The position numbers were made by a program, and so were the translations under genes. Below the pieces are notes generated by a model. The model made no database searches. It saw only the letters and a program-made list of their open reading frames with translations, and had not been told where the DNA came from. 54,783 nucleotides of DNA from Octopus bimaculoides. Lineage: Eukaryota. Shown here piece by piece: positions 10,552-23,260 of the stretch (the first letter of the stretch is position 1; each line of letters starts with the position of its first letter). The stretch is from assembly GCF_001194135.2 (NCBI RefSeq), contig NC_068998.1, positions 49,321,472 to 49,376,254 of the forward strand, written 5' to 3'.

Positions 10552-13500
10552 ATGGCATTTGTCGTATTTATGTTGCTTCTCGTTTCTGGTAAGTGGCTGT
10601 GATAGATCAAATTACTTCGTTTGTTTTTCATTTTGGTTTGTGTATCACGTATAAACTGTCTGCCTCCTCAGTGTCTGTCTGAGTCTCTCTCTCACGGTCT
10701 GCCTGTCACCGTTAGTGTAATCGTCTGCACATCTATTCATGTATGGAATAAACTCTAGAAATCATGAAGTGTTTTAGTTTTATCTGCTCTGTCCTTATAG
10801 ATGCGTTAGTGAGAATTGATAAATGTATTGAGTCTGAATGTGTACATTTGAATAAGTATACTTATATATAGAACGGACGTGTGTGAGTGTTTAAACTTGT
10901 ATATAAATGTGTGTATTGAGTTATATATAACCAGCGAAAGAGGTGAAATGATGAAATCTACTTTATTCTGGACCCAATACAATTATTCATAGGAACATTA
11001 TTAACATTTTTGTAAGATGCAAGACCAACACGCATCCTAATAATTTTCCTTTACCTACTGGACCTGGCTGAGTAAGCACTGAAGTATTGAAGCTAGACAC
11101 TAGGTAAAATCTTGAATGACATGAGACTATAAAAAAATATAAAAAACTTAGTGTGACTATTACTTACCGCATATTACTGATATATTACCATTGTAGTATG
11201 AAAATCTAAACATTATTTCTATTGCTATTCTTATTGATGGGTAGTTGACGGATTCATTACGTCGTAAATCCAGTAAAGTGGATCGTGAATCAAGCCCAAT
11301 GGAAGCCAAACAAATAATATGTAATTTGATATGTAGGTAACACACTAAAGAGAATGACATATGGTTTACTTGCTTCTGAAAAAGTTTACGGAAGTATGAG
11401 GTACAGACCTGTTTAATGCATATAAATTATGTTTTGCTCAGTTGCTTTACAATATTCTAGCTTTGGGACACAAAACCTAATGAAAGTCTTAGATTTCAGT
11501 GTTTACATTACAAATATTAATTTCAAATTCTGGGATAACGATAGCAATTTCGGGAAAGGTGGTAAGTGGATTACATCGACGACTCTGCTCAACTGGTAAT
11601 ATTTTTATCGGTTTCGAAAGGATGAACTGCAAAGTCAACCCCTGTTGTATATGTACTCATAACGTAAAAAAGAACAATATGCCACTGAGCATTTTGCCAA
11701 CGTGCTAACGATTCTGTCAGCGTGCCGCCTAATGAGAGTAGTTATTAAATAATTCAACATGGAATTTGATATATGGTTTCATGTATTCAATTTGCTTTTG
11801 AAGTTCTATTTGTTGTCAACTGAGATTTTTTAGAGAGAAATCTTAAATTATGGTGAAAGTACTTTTGTCGCTGTTAAGGATTATCGAGATATGGAATAGA
11901 AACCAATTTAGCATAGAGTTGCAGGAAGCAAGAACTAAGAAGCAGCATCCGAATCTCGCTAAAGAGAAATAAAGAGCAAAATGCAACATGTGAAATCAGA
12001 CAGGGAACGATTAAGATAGTAAAAGTAATATCTTCTATATGTATCTTTTAATTGTTTCAGTTATTGTTGAACCACCGCTTTGTGAGGTGTAGACGAACTG
12101 ATTGAGAAGCGTACATTTTTCTTTAAAAGCCCAGCTCTTATTCAATTGGTTCATTTCCTTAACCGCTCAGATTCATTTGTCAAGTGGCGATAGGGGACAA
12201 ACACAAGATCAATGGCATACTCACACACAGAGATGGAGACACTCACGCATATGATGATGATGATTCGTTTCGGTTTCTGACAACTAATTCCACTCACAAG
12301 CCTAGGGTTGGCCCGAGATAATTTTGAAAAGCACTTGCCCAAGATACCACGCCGTTTGATTGAGCCTGGAACCCTATGGCTAGGAAGCAAACAACTTTTC
12401 GCACAGCCTCGCCCGTGCATGTGACAGTCAGTATCATTTACTTTCATTTGCAAACATTTCTAATCATAGGAATGGCAAGAAGCTAAGTTGACACTCAATG
12501 GAAATCTCACAGACTGCTGTAATGCAGATATTGATATTAAATAAACAGCGGAATGTACACTAATGTTTCCTGACACAAAATGGGTTGTACATACAACGAA
12601 ACGTTAGAGTCTACACTGCATTTCATGAATAAATCTTCAATGGTTTAGCAATATAACAACGACGTTAAATGATATTTAATGTTATATTTCGAAATTGCAG
12701 GTGAGGCCACAGCAAAAAATTGCATTTCACTGGCAGAACATTGTGCTGGGGCTGTAAACGGCAGGATCCGGAAAGAAAAATACTGCACGTATACATGTTT
12801 TTCTACTTTGGACACAAGGCCCGAAATTTTTTGGGAGGGGGCCAGTCGATTAGATCGCTTCCAGAACGCAACTGGTACCTAATTTATCGACCCCGAAAGG
12901 ATGAAATGCAAAGTCGACCTCTGTGGAATTTGAACTAAGAACGTAATGACGAAATACCGCTGAGAACATCTACCGGTGTGCAAATGGTTCTGCCAGCTCA
13001 CCGCATTTCTGCTCGTATATCTTATCTTACGTGGAGGCGCAATGGCCTAGTGGTTAGGGCAGTGGACTCGCGGTCATAGGATCGTGGTTTCGATTCCCAG
13101 ACCTGGCATTGTGAGTGTTTATTGAGCGAAAACACCTAAAGCTCCACGAGGCTCCGGCAGGGGATGGTGGCGAACCTTGCTGTACTCTTTCACCACAACT
13201 TTCTCTCACTCTTACTTCCTGTTTCTGTTGTGCCTGTAATCCAAAGGGTCAGTCTTGTCACATTGTGTCACACTGAATATCCCCGAGAACTACGTTAAGG
13301 GTACACGTGTCTGTGGAGTGCTCAGCCACTTGCACGTTAATTTCACGAGCAGGCTGTTCCGTTGATCGGATCGACTGGAACCCTCGACGTCGTAAGCGAG
13401 GGAGTGCCAACAACAACAACAACAATATTATCTTACGTATACTATTGCGTACACTTGATATTTAAGGCAGCGAAATGGCAGGATACTTTGCATGCCGGGT

Positions 13501-15450
13501 AAATGCTTAGAGGAATTTTGTCCGTATTTACGTTCTGAGTTCAAATACCAACGAGGTCTACTTTGTTTTTTATCCAGTCCGGATTGATAATATAAGTACC
13601 AGATTATAGCTGGTATCGATGTAATCGAGTAAGCCAATCTGCCGAATTTTCTGGCCTTGTGGCAAAATTTGAAACTAATACATAAATATTTGTCCAATAT
13701 CAATTACTAAAAACTCGAAATAACAACCAAACGTACGCACATAGGCAGAGACATCTATCTATTTATCTAATTTCCGGCTTAAACTATTGCAAGAGATCAT
13801 GGTTTCAATCTGACGTTACACTACGACCACTTCAGGTACTAATGTGGGACACATCGTACACCAGTTCAGACAACGTCGATTTGGTGGAGGGAGTAAACTA
13901 ATGTAGAACACAAACATCTAATCACTATAACCAAATCATTTGTGCAGGTCTTTCTGCAAAAAAATTAAACGTTTTTTGATCGGCTCTTCTAACCCTCACC
14001 CCACCCACACATGCACACACATACACATACATGTAACTATACATATATATATATGATGAATTCACTGATCGAAACATTCGCTGACTGACCTGCACAAAGG
14101 CTGTGTCTGTAGAGATTAAATGTATGTGCTTCTGTACATTAGCTCAGTTCTTCCATCAAATCGACTTTGTCTGTACAGGTGTCACAAGTGAGTTATCGAA
14201 ACAATCGTTGAGTAACATGAAATGAAGAGTTTTGTTCAAGAACACAACGTTTCATCTATCCGGAGAACGAACCCACGATCTACTGATCGTGCACGCAACA
14301 CCGGAGGCCCAGACATTTGTGATTGTGTGTGTTCGTCCTCGACCGGGCAAAACATTTCATTTCACGCTGCTCCAGTTCACTAAGTTCTGGCAAAAATGAA
14401 TAATCCTAAGATGGAATATCGTCCTCTCCAGGTGGGGAATTTATACGCCATGAAACATGGATACCGGCCCTAATGAATCGGTGTGACTCGAGAAGATATC
14501 TTTACCTTTACTTTATATGTTTGTAAAAACAATAGCCATACGGCATATTCTTCATATGTATGTATGTATACATGTATGTATGTATGTATATATGTATATA
14601 CACAGACATGACAGAACTAAGTAAACACCCTTATAGTCATTAAAGTTTATTTAAACTTGAAATGATTCAAACTATTTATTGTTATAATATTTAATATTTA
14701 GCTGACATTCAATTTGCATTTTTCAATGCAAGGTCCCTCTTAGGTGTGTTACTATTAGTTGACGAATATACTCTTGTGGAATTTCTTGTCAAGTTTCATG
14801 CAGTTAACTCAAAAGATCTGGCTTGGAAGATAATTTCTTGTTCTTGTTATGTAATGTCCTTCCCCTTATGTTCCAGAGCCGGACATGAGCAGGATTTAGA
14901 CTAGTTCAAATATGTTTGTGACATATTTCAACTGCTAAAAGGCAAGTGCACTGCAGTTACCATGGGGAATATATCTTTGTTAAAATGGTGTGAATATTCC
15001 TGGTTCATTCAATGTCGCCATCTTTCAGGAATCCTAGACGTCGATGTTTCAATCTTCTTGGTTACTGTCAATGAGATGTACCCAAGAGAGGCAACTCTGA
15101 ATGACGTTACAAAGCGATAGCTCTACGTATGATTCAATCAACATGTTGACTGTTTTGTGCTAGTAGATCGCCCATCAGCGCTAAGCAGTGTTTCGGCATT
15201 AGCAGAATTTATGTCAGTTGTAATATGAAACTCTCTTAGGTACACATAATCGACAAGAGCCAAGAAATTTGAAACAACGATGTCTGGGATTTATGATAAA
15301 TGGCTACACTGAACGAGCCGTTTATTTCCACCCCCCTTTTTTTTTTCACCATAAGAGGCATATAATCTCTACAGTAACGGAATAGTATTTTCCTTTTAGC
15401 AGATGAAATATCGTACAAATTTTTCATCTAACCTAAATTCTGCTCATATG

Positions 15451-15540
<90 letters not shown>

Positions 15541-15556
15541 NNNNNNNNNNCACACC

Positions 15557-15594
<38 letters not shown>

Positions 15595-15618
15595 CACATA
15601 CATACTTAAACACCCACC

Positions 15619-15660
<42 letters not shown>

Positions 15661-17154
15661 TATGCATATATGCATATATGTATGTATGTATGTATGTATG
15701 TTCGTATATATATCATCCATATGTACATACATATGCCCATGTGTATGTGAGTGTGTGATCGACTTGTCTCACGCTAGAAAATTTGTGCAAATTTAGGGCT
15801 ACCACGACTTAGCGTATCGTAAGAGAGAATTAAATAAATTTTATATTAGATGCGTTTGGTTAAATTCATCATGGCCACATTCCAATGTATGAAACAAAGA
15901 AAAGAAGGAAATAAAACTATAAACAAAAATAGAACAAATCTTTCAGGTTAAAAACATTCTCTGATCAACATATTATTTCAGCAACAAGGAAACATTCGTA
16001 GCATGTGTTGAAGCAAAATCCCAAAATTGTGAAAACTTCTTGAAGTTCTTTATGAAGACGTGTAAAGTAGTAAGTTTTTGTTCTTTTTTATTTCGCTTAT
16101 CGTGACGACAGGAGCACTGTTAAGTTTGTAGATGCGAGATAATTGAGTTTTCTCACTTTCAAATGTTCAGTTACAAAACAATGTTCAATGCGTATTTGAT
16201 TTCTAATAAAGTGATGGCAGCTTCTTCGCGACTGAAGATCTTAATAGCAAGAAGCCCCGATGGCGATGTGTAAAATGATCCTTGTGCTATAAGGCTTTCC
16301 TTTCTTCCTGACTTTACTTGTTTTAAATTTATAGCTAGTTCATGAAATCTGTAAGGTGACCTTACTTGGCTGCAGAATTTCTCCTACCCTGGATCTGCTG
16401 GAAAATGTGTAAGAAAAGGGACAGAACCTATTGAAGATTTCCGCTCCTTGATTTGCAGCGAGGCCGACTTTCTAAGCCTTTTCTTTTTGTTTCTCAAAGT
16501 ACTGGCGGATTGTCCTTGGATTGTCTCTAATAACATCACAATTAACCCATGCTTGAGACCCCGACCGGTTCTACTTAGTTTTAGCGTCGTTTGTCGAATT
16601 GTAGGGGCAAAATTCTGCCTTCCCATGCCTCAAAAGCTTAAAACTGCCGGACGTCACAACTGGTTACATTTTAAATTTATACTTAGGATATAGAAAGAAA
16701 ATGTCGACGTTAGGATTGTATAGACTTGACAATGTAATAAGTAATCAGTATTTTCGCAATGAACATTACATGAACCGCCAAAGTACAGTAAATATAAAAC
16801 AAAAGGTTGAATTTAGATAAGCCACGAAACAGGGATACCTTTCCCGAGAAATTATCTCTGGTAGACATTCCGAAATAAAACAAAAATAAATAAATAAATA
16901 AATAAAATAAAGTGACAGCGGTGGTGAGATTTCAAGTGGGTCCTTCAGATGAAGCAGAAATCTAGATTTAGAAATTCCACCACGATTTTTTTTGAAATTT
17001 CCATTAATAAGACAAACAAAGCGCTGCTTTTAGCACAATACGTTCATACGACATGCATCCTCGAGACAAATAGCAGAGTATATACGTGCTAAATACAATG
17101 TGTTTTATCACACTAATCCACATAAGGAAGCTTGCAACCAAAGTAAGAAACGAA

Positions 17155-17211
<57 letters not shown>

Positions 17212-17258
17212 TTCTTGTACGTGCATGCGTTTGCATTAAACGCATATCAGCTTACGTG

Positions 17259-17292
<34 letters not shown>

Positions 17293-17333
17293 CCTCTCTC
17301 TCTCTCCCCTTCTACCACTTTCTTATATATTAA

Positions 17334-17366
<33 letters not shown>

Positions 17367-18543
17367 CACTTCGTAAATTATTTTCAGATGAAAGTTCAGA
17401 AAAGGAGCCCATCCGCTTTTCACCAGTTACCAGACGTAGTTCCCCACAGACATACGGTATAGTATCTTTTGTCTGTAATTATAACAGATTGGATGAACAT
17501 AAAGTGATTTGAAAGTGTGTGTGCAGTGTGAAAGAAATAAGACGTTTGTAAGCTGAGCCATATGCAAGGAACATTGCTAGAGATTCTTGAGTATTGACAC
17601 TATATTGGTTCATGTGGAATAGTTGCTGAATGATTGACGGAAAACATAATCATTGTTTATGTCTTCAGCTAACTCGATCCTATGAAGCAGCTGTTGTGGT
17701 AGCAGACCACGAAAACTTGCTTAAATTCCTCCTTCGCCTTAACAATCATACAATCCATAACGTCCGTGTCATAACTGGACCCAGAGCATCGTATCTTACG
17801 GTTTCAGCTTCCACAGGTATTAGGATTGCATCTTATTAAGGCATAGATGATCTTTCGTTTACATTTTCAGCATTTGCTTAACTAATATGCGCCTGGATAT
17901 ACGCTATATTCACAACTCATTACATTTCTTACATTCTTCATGGTGTCCACCTCACAATTACCATACTTGACACACCTCACCTCTTCGACAACTCCATACT
18001 CCACTTCGATTTAAACACCGCCAACGGAAGCCTGCTCCTAACGAAAGCCTTCATTCCTAATATTTCTATCTTTGCCATTTTCCTATATGATTTCCCACCC
18101 TAAAATTTCTTATTTTCTTTTTCATATATTTTTACACTTACATTTATAAATTATTTTGTTTCCCGCTGCAGAGACTATCACCACACACACTTTCATTGTA
18201 CGCTTCTCTGCTTTTCACATGAAAAATATTGAAGCGTTATACTCTTCAAAATAGTTATTTCGACATCATATTATTCCTGTCTCTGTCTATTTGTATCTCT
18301 CTCCCATAGTTTATCTATCTATTCATATATTCATGCGAGGTTCAAACAGAACTATCTGAACGAATACTTTTACACTATATTTGGAATTTATTTTTGAGAG
18401 AGATGCAAAAGATCAGTAGATTCCGGGGGAACCAAACGAGGTACGTAACTTTACCTTAAAACATGTAATGTTAACATCTAATCTCCATTCACATTCATAT
18501 GAATGAATTTGCCAAACTGTGATTAATAAGTTAAATCATATAC

Positions 18544-18575
<32 letters not shown>

Positions 18576-18851
18576 NNNNNNNNNNNNNNNNNNNNNNNNN
18601 NNNNNNNNNNNNNNNNNNNNNNNNNNNNNNNNNNNNNNNNNNNNNNNNNNNNNNNNNNNNNNNNNNNNNNNNNNNNNNNNNNNNNNNNNNNNNNNNNNNN
18701 NNNNNNNNNNNNNNNNNNNNNNNNNNNNNNNNNNNNNNNNNNNNNNNNNNNNNNNNNNNNNNNNNNNNNNNNNNNNNNNNNNNNNNNNNNNNNNNNNNNN
18801 NNNNNNNNNNNNNNNNNNNNNNNNNNNNNNNNNNNNNNNNNNNNNNNNNNN

Positions 18852-18905
<54 letters not shown>

Positions 18906-19212
18906 ACACACACACAGACACACACATATATATATATACATATATATATATATCTGTGTGTGTGTGTGTGTGTATGGAGTTATCTCTAGTTGTGTGTGTG
19001 TACCTTTGTGTCTGTTTCTCTTTCGCATAACCAGATGACAACTGATGTTGGTGTGTTTACGTCCTCATAACTTAACGGTTCGGCAATGGAGCCCGATATA
19101 ATAGGTACTAGGCTTAAAGAAGTCGGTGCAGCAGCATGTCCGCAATGAAATGGCTGAGACAAGCAAAGGAATAATAGAATAAAGATTACATATGATCATA
19201 TATATACATATA

Positions 19213-19300
<88 letters not shown>

Positions 19301-21528
19301 GGATTCCCTTTCAGAATGAAGTGCAGAAAAGGAGTCCCCATCTGCACAGCATACACGGGGGAAAATCTTCTAAAAAAGTAAAGATAAACAATTCGCTTGT
19401 TCATGTACACAAACCTAAGCTTTCCTCTCCGGCGCCTGTACGATCGCAACTTTGCCCTTACATAAAGCACCCGGGGACCTTATTGCTTTACCAGTCCTCC
19501 ATAGTGTTCGTCTTTTGGCTATACTCCACCATTTCTGAGACTTCATTTGTCGTTTCTTCCTTCTCACACGCTTCTCTCATTTAAACGTACCTGTAATTTT
19601 CTTGTTTCCGATAGCCACGTCTATGCTCTTAACGATTTTCTATCATTGCTATTTTCCTATATGATTATCCACCCTAAAATTTCTAATTTTCTTTTTCATA
19701 TATTTTTACATTTACATTTGTAAATTATTTTGTTTCCCGCTGCAGAAACTATCACCACACACGCTTTCATTTTACGCTTCTCTGCTTTTCTCATGAAAAA
19801 TATTAAAACGTTATACTCTTCAGAATCGATATTTCGACATCATATTATTCCTCTCGCTGTCTATTTGTATGTCTCTCCCATAATTTATCTATCTATTCAC
19901 ATATTCATACGGTATGTCTCTCCCATAATTTATCTATCTATTCACATATTCATACGGTATGTCTCTCCCATAATTTATCTATCTATTCACATATTCATAC
20001 GAAGTTCAAACAGAACTATCTGAGCAAATACTTTTACATTATATTTGGAATATATTTGCAGGAGAAATGCAAAAGATCAGTAGATTCCGGGGATCCAAAC
20101 GCGGTACGTATTTTACCTTAAAGCATGTAATGTTAACATCTAATCTCCACTCACATTCATATGAATGGATTTGCTGAACTTTGATTAACAAGTTAAATCA
20201 TATACTGAGTGTATATANNNNNNNNNNNNNNNNNNNNNNNNNNNNNNNNNNNNNNNNNNNNNNNNNNNNNNNNNNNNNNNNNNNNNNNNNNNNNNNNNNN
20301 NNNNNNNNNNNNNNNNNNNNNNNNNNNNNNNNNNNNNNNNNNNNNNNNNNNNNNNNNNNNNNNNNNNNNNNNNNNNNNNNNNNNNNNNNNNNNNNNNNNN
20401 NNNNNNNNNNNNNNNNNNNNNNNNNNNNNNNNNNNNNNNNNNNNNNNNNNNNNNNNNNNNNNNNNNNNNNNNNNNNNNNNNNNNNNNNNNNNNNNNNATT
20501 CACATATACATACATATTGTGCATTCTCTTTCAGAATGAAGTGCAGAAAAGGAGTCCCCATCTACACAGCATACACGAAGTAAAATCTTATAAAAAGGTA
20601 AAGATATTCTATCAAAAATATGCAATATTGATAGAGTTGGTGAAATTATAGAGTCATACATTGTAAGACAATGTAGTTGTAATCTAAGCTATACATTCTG
20701 TTTCATTCTCTTTTGTACAGTTTTTTTCTTGTATTGAACAATTCGCTCGATCATGTACACCAATCTAAGCTTTCCTCTCCGGCGCCTGTACGATCGCAAC
20801 TTTGCGCTTACATAAAGCACCTGGGGACCGTATTGTTTTAGCAGTCCTCCATAGTGTTCATCTTTGGGTTACGCTGCACGAATTCCGAGACTTCCATTCG
20901 TTGTTTCTTCCTTCTCAGACGCTTCCCTCATTTAAACGTACCTGTAACTTTCTTGTTTCCGATAGCCACGTCTTGCCCCGAATCTATTCTCTGTCCCCGT
21001 CTTAGCTGTCACACCTGTCCATTTCTTTCTAGCACCACATCCCCATCCAAAAGAATAGGGAGTCTGGTCACGGGAACTCTTCAGATGCATCCGATATATT
21101 ACTGGTCACCAGCTACTTTACATTGTTTCCACAGAGAACCATATATTCCATCATGCATTTGTCTTTGGCTTGGCCTATAGCATCAGATGTCACGACTCCT
21201 CCTTCCAGACGGAATGGAACTTCATCTTCTTTCTGGGACATGAAACGCATTTTGTCTTAAAATTTTTAGCTTCTGTTTAGGAGATCCATACCCTCAATAT
21301 GTGCCGTTCTCATCATTCTTTACAACATTGACATTTTCTGTGATATACGATTCCTTTTGATCCTTTTATACTTTTTACTTTCCTTTTTTTCTTTTTCTTT
21401 TTTTTTCTTTTTATTACCGATCCCTTTTCATCGAATTTATTTTTATTTTTTCTAAAAGAAAAAGCTTTACAATTGTATTTGTCCTCTCTGTGTACAGCCC
21501 TGTGTGGCTAATAAAAGAAAGTTATCTG

Positions 21529-21597
<69 letters not shown>

Positions 21598-22834
21598 GTC
21601 TGTTTTCATGTCTGTGTGTTTGTCGGTCTATCTCTCTCACTGTCTGTTTATCTACCTTCTTGTCTCTCTCTCTCTCTCTCACTCTCTCTCACAGTCTGTC
21701 TTCTTGTCTCTCTATCTCTGCATATGCGTGTGTGTGTGCGTTTATGTGAGCGTGTGTGTGTTTGTGCGTTTATATATGTGTGTGTGTGTATGTGTGTGTG
21801 CCTGTGCGTTTATGTGAGTGTGTGTGTGTATATGTGAATTTGAGATAAAAATGGTCTTTACTTTATATTCGATATAAAATGATATTTACTTTAAATTATA
21901 TTTACTTTATATTCGATATCGTATTTCCAGGGTTCCTGCAATGGATCTACAGATCTGAGAGAGGTGGGTAATTTCCTTTTTATAAACCAAGCTTATGAAT
22001 TGCCTAGTCTTTCAGCAATATAAATGAAATCTCTAATATGTCACCGAAATACAAATCTAATGTTGATGTAAATTCAAAGTTAGGGTTTCAATGTCTGGTA
22101 GTGTCAACCTTATATCACATCAACAAAGCTATAAATACTCTTATCTTAATTTTGACAATTAAAAGAAGTATAAGAAAAAAACCGCATTATTTATGGTATG
22201 ACCCAATATATATACATGCAATTAAAGTGACGTAACAAAGTTATATTGTTCAGGATAAGGATTTTTTCGCACCCAAACGTATGTTCGTACTCAGAGAAAT
22301 GCATGTACCCGGATATCTTAAATTACTTTACATATGTCTATATGTATGTACGTGTGTCTGAGTGTGTATGTGTGCGTGTGTATGGATGGGGTGGAGGGGT
22401 GGCGTGATTGTGTGTGTTCCTGCGTGCATGTATGTGCGTATGAGGGGCAGACGTGCACTATATTGCATGGTTCTGATTGATAATTAACCAGACATAATAA
22501 ATATGTTATATGTATACTTCAAAGTTCTCCACGTGGTATGTTATATTCTAACGCAACAACAGACGAGATAAATTTCACAATAATAACACTAAGGCACAGT
22601 GATGATATTGAAGCATTTTTGTAGGTTTTGAAACTATTTAAATTATAATCACATTACTAGACTTACAGATTTGATTGTATCGAAGTAATTTTAACATTAA
22701 CAATGTATAAAATATCATTAAAGCCTTTGATCGTACATGTTTAACTATATCTATTACTGTTTTGCCTTTTTTAGATGCTGACCGATGCCCTATTTCTTGC
22801 CCAAGCTCTCTTTACAATCATGATACTTATATAA
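10552..22834 (+). CDS. Unit 2: about 163-aa precursor with signal peptide, Cys-rich head, triplicated KR-containing linker and hydrophobic GPI-like tail
   Basis: Exons with AG/GT borders and consistent phases: 10552-10588 [13 protein letters not shown]; 12701-12788 [29 protein letters not shown]; 15850-15886 [12 protein letters not shown]; 17388-17456 [23 protein letters not shown]; 19315-19377 [21 protein letters not shown]; 20062-20103 [14 protein letters not shown]; 20535-20597 [21 protein letters not shown]; 21931-21963 [11 protein letters not shown]; 22775-22834 [25 protein letters not shown] overlaps/follows the stop. The joined frame is open with 6 Cys. Exon 15850 is the least certain. 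Confidence 0.72.
11550..11730 (-). mobile_element. SINE family A, degenerate
   Basis: gattacatcgac..cgaaaggatgaactgcaaagtcaacc..gtgctaacgattctgtcagcgtgccgcc. Confidence 0.7.
12120..12420 (-). mobile_element. tRNA-derived SINE family C, degenerate
   Basis: gcacttgcccaagataccacgcc..gagcctggaaccctatggctaggaagcaa is a reverse-complemented tRNA-like head. A similar decayed copy lies near 14080-14300. Confidence 0.55.
12810..13005 (-). mobile_element. SINE family A
   Basis: gccagtcgattagatcg..ggtacctaatttatcgaccccgaaaggatgaaatgcaaagtcgacctc..ggttctgccagctcaccgc. Confidence 0.8.
13031..13427 (+). mobile_element. Full-length SINE family B with target-site duplication
   Basis: Same head and body as 5608-5991, with a (caa)n tail. 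TSD ttatcttac at 13022-13030 and 13428-13436. Confidence 0.9.
13465..13680 (+). mobile_element. SINE family A
   Basis: aggcagcgaaatggcagga..aaatgcttag..tttacgttctgagttcaaat..taagtaccag. Confidence 0.75.
14330..14515 (+). mobile_element. Additional SINE-like repeat fragment
   Basis: gctccagttcactaag..gtcctctccaggtgggg..accggccctaatgaatc..gactcgagaag..tttacctttacttta resembles a CORE-type SINE body and tail (recall-based). Confidence 0.4.
18399..18440 (+). pseudogene. Decayed pseudo-exon copy of the 42-nt xxC exon
   Basis: Paralog of 20062-20103 with the donor gtacgt intact. The acceptor is changed from tttgcag to tttttgag, and the phase-0 frame reads RDAKDQ* (TAG). Confidence 0.65.
19867..20001 (+). 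repeat. Three near-perfect 45-bp tandem repeats
   Basis: Unit gtatgtctctcccataatttatctatctattcacatattcatacg x3. It is single-copy in the paralogous segment near 18295-18340. Confidence 0.9.
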
Positions 22835-23009
22835 ATAAATATTGTCCTACAAATGTTACATTTTGAAGTTTTCGTTGTTATTGACCGGTTTCTTATCTCT
22901 GAAAAATAGTAAATCGCTGAAATTCAATCTTATTGTTTTAAAGATGATTCACAATGATACTTATATTGATGTCATAAGACAATGTACATTTTAATATATG
23001 ATTCATACT

Positions 23010-23260
23010 TAAGGCTGTGAGCTAGCAGAATCGTTAACATGTCGGACAAAATTCGTCTGTCTCATTTCGTCTAACTCAACATTTCGTCTGTCCGAACGTT
23101 GTGATTTCAGCATTTCGTCTGTCTCAACGTTGTGATTTCAAACAACACCAAGGTCGACTTAGCCATTCATAATTGCGGAGTGGAACATTGGAGTCGGTGT
23201 AATCGCCTTACCATTCTTCCCCAAGCAACTAGACTAAACTAGTACCAGAATTTGAAACAA
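23010..23260 (+). mobile_element. SINE family A with an internal tandem duplication
   Basis: ggctgtgagctagcagaatcgttaac..catttcgtctgt(c)..aacgttgtgatttca repeated..aaggtcgact. Confidence 0.7.

Larger units (their letters stand above)
18050..20970 (+). repeat. Tandem segmental duplication inside unit 2 (about 18050-19620 vs about 19630-20970)
   Basis: Long shared blocks include attttcctatatgatt..tcgacatcatattattcc..gttaaatcatatactga and aacaattcgct..ctttcctctccggcgcctgtacgatcgcaac..gatagccacgtct. Each copy carries one xxC-type and one QKRSP-type exon. Confidence 0.85.

Noticed and set aside
13031-13110. tRNA genes (also the tRNA-like heads at 5910-5991, 23810-23880, 23990-24060 and 43160-43245)
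   Set aside because: They are SINE heads; no complete cloverleaf with an acceptor stem and terminator could be folded.
16200-16700. Higher-complexity block with ORFs on both strands (16384-16693)
   Set aside because: No recognisable motif; probably an old transposon fragment, but I cannot support a call.
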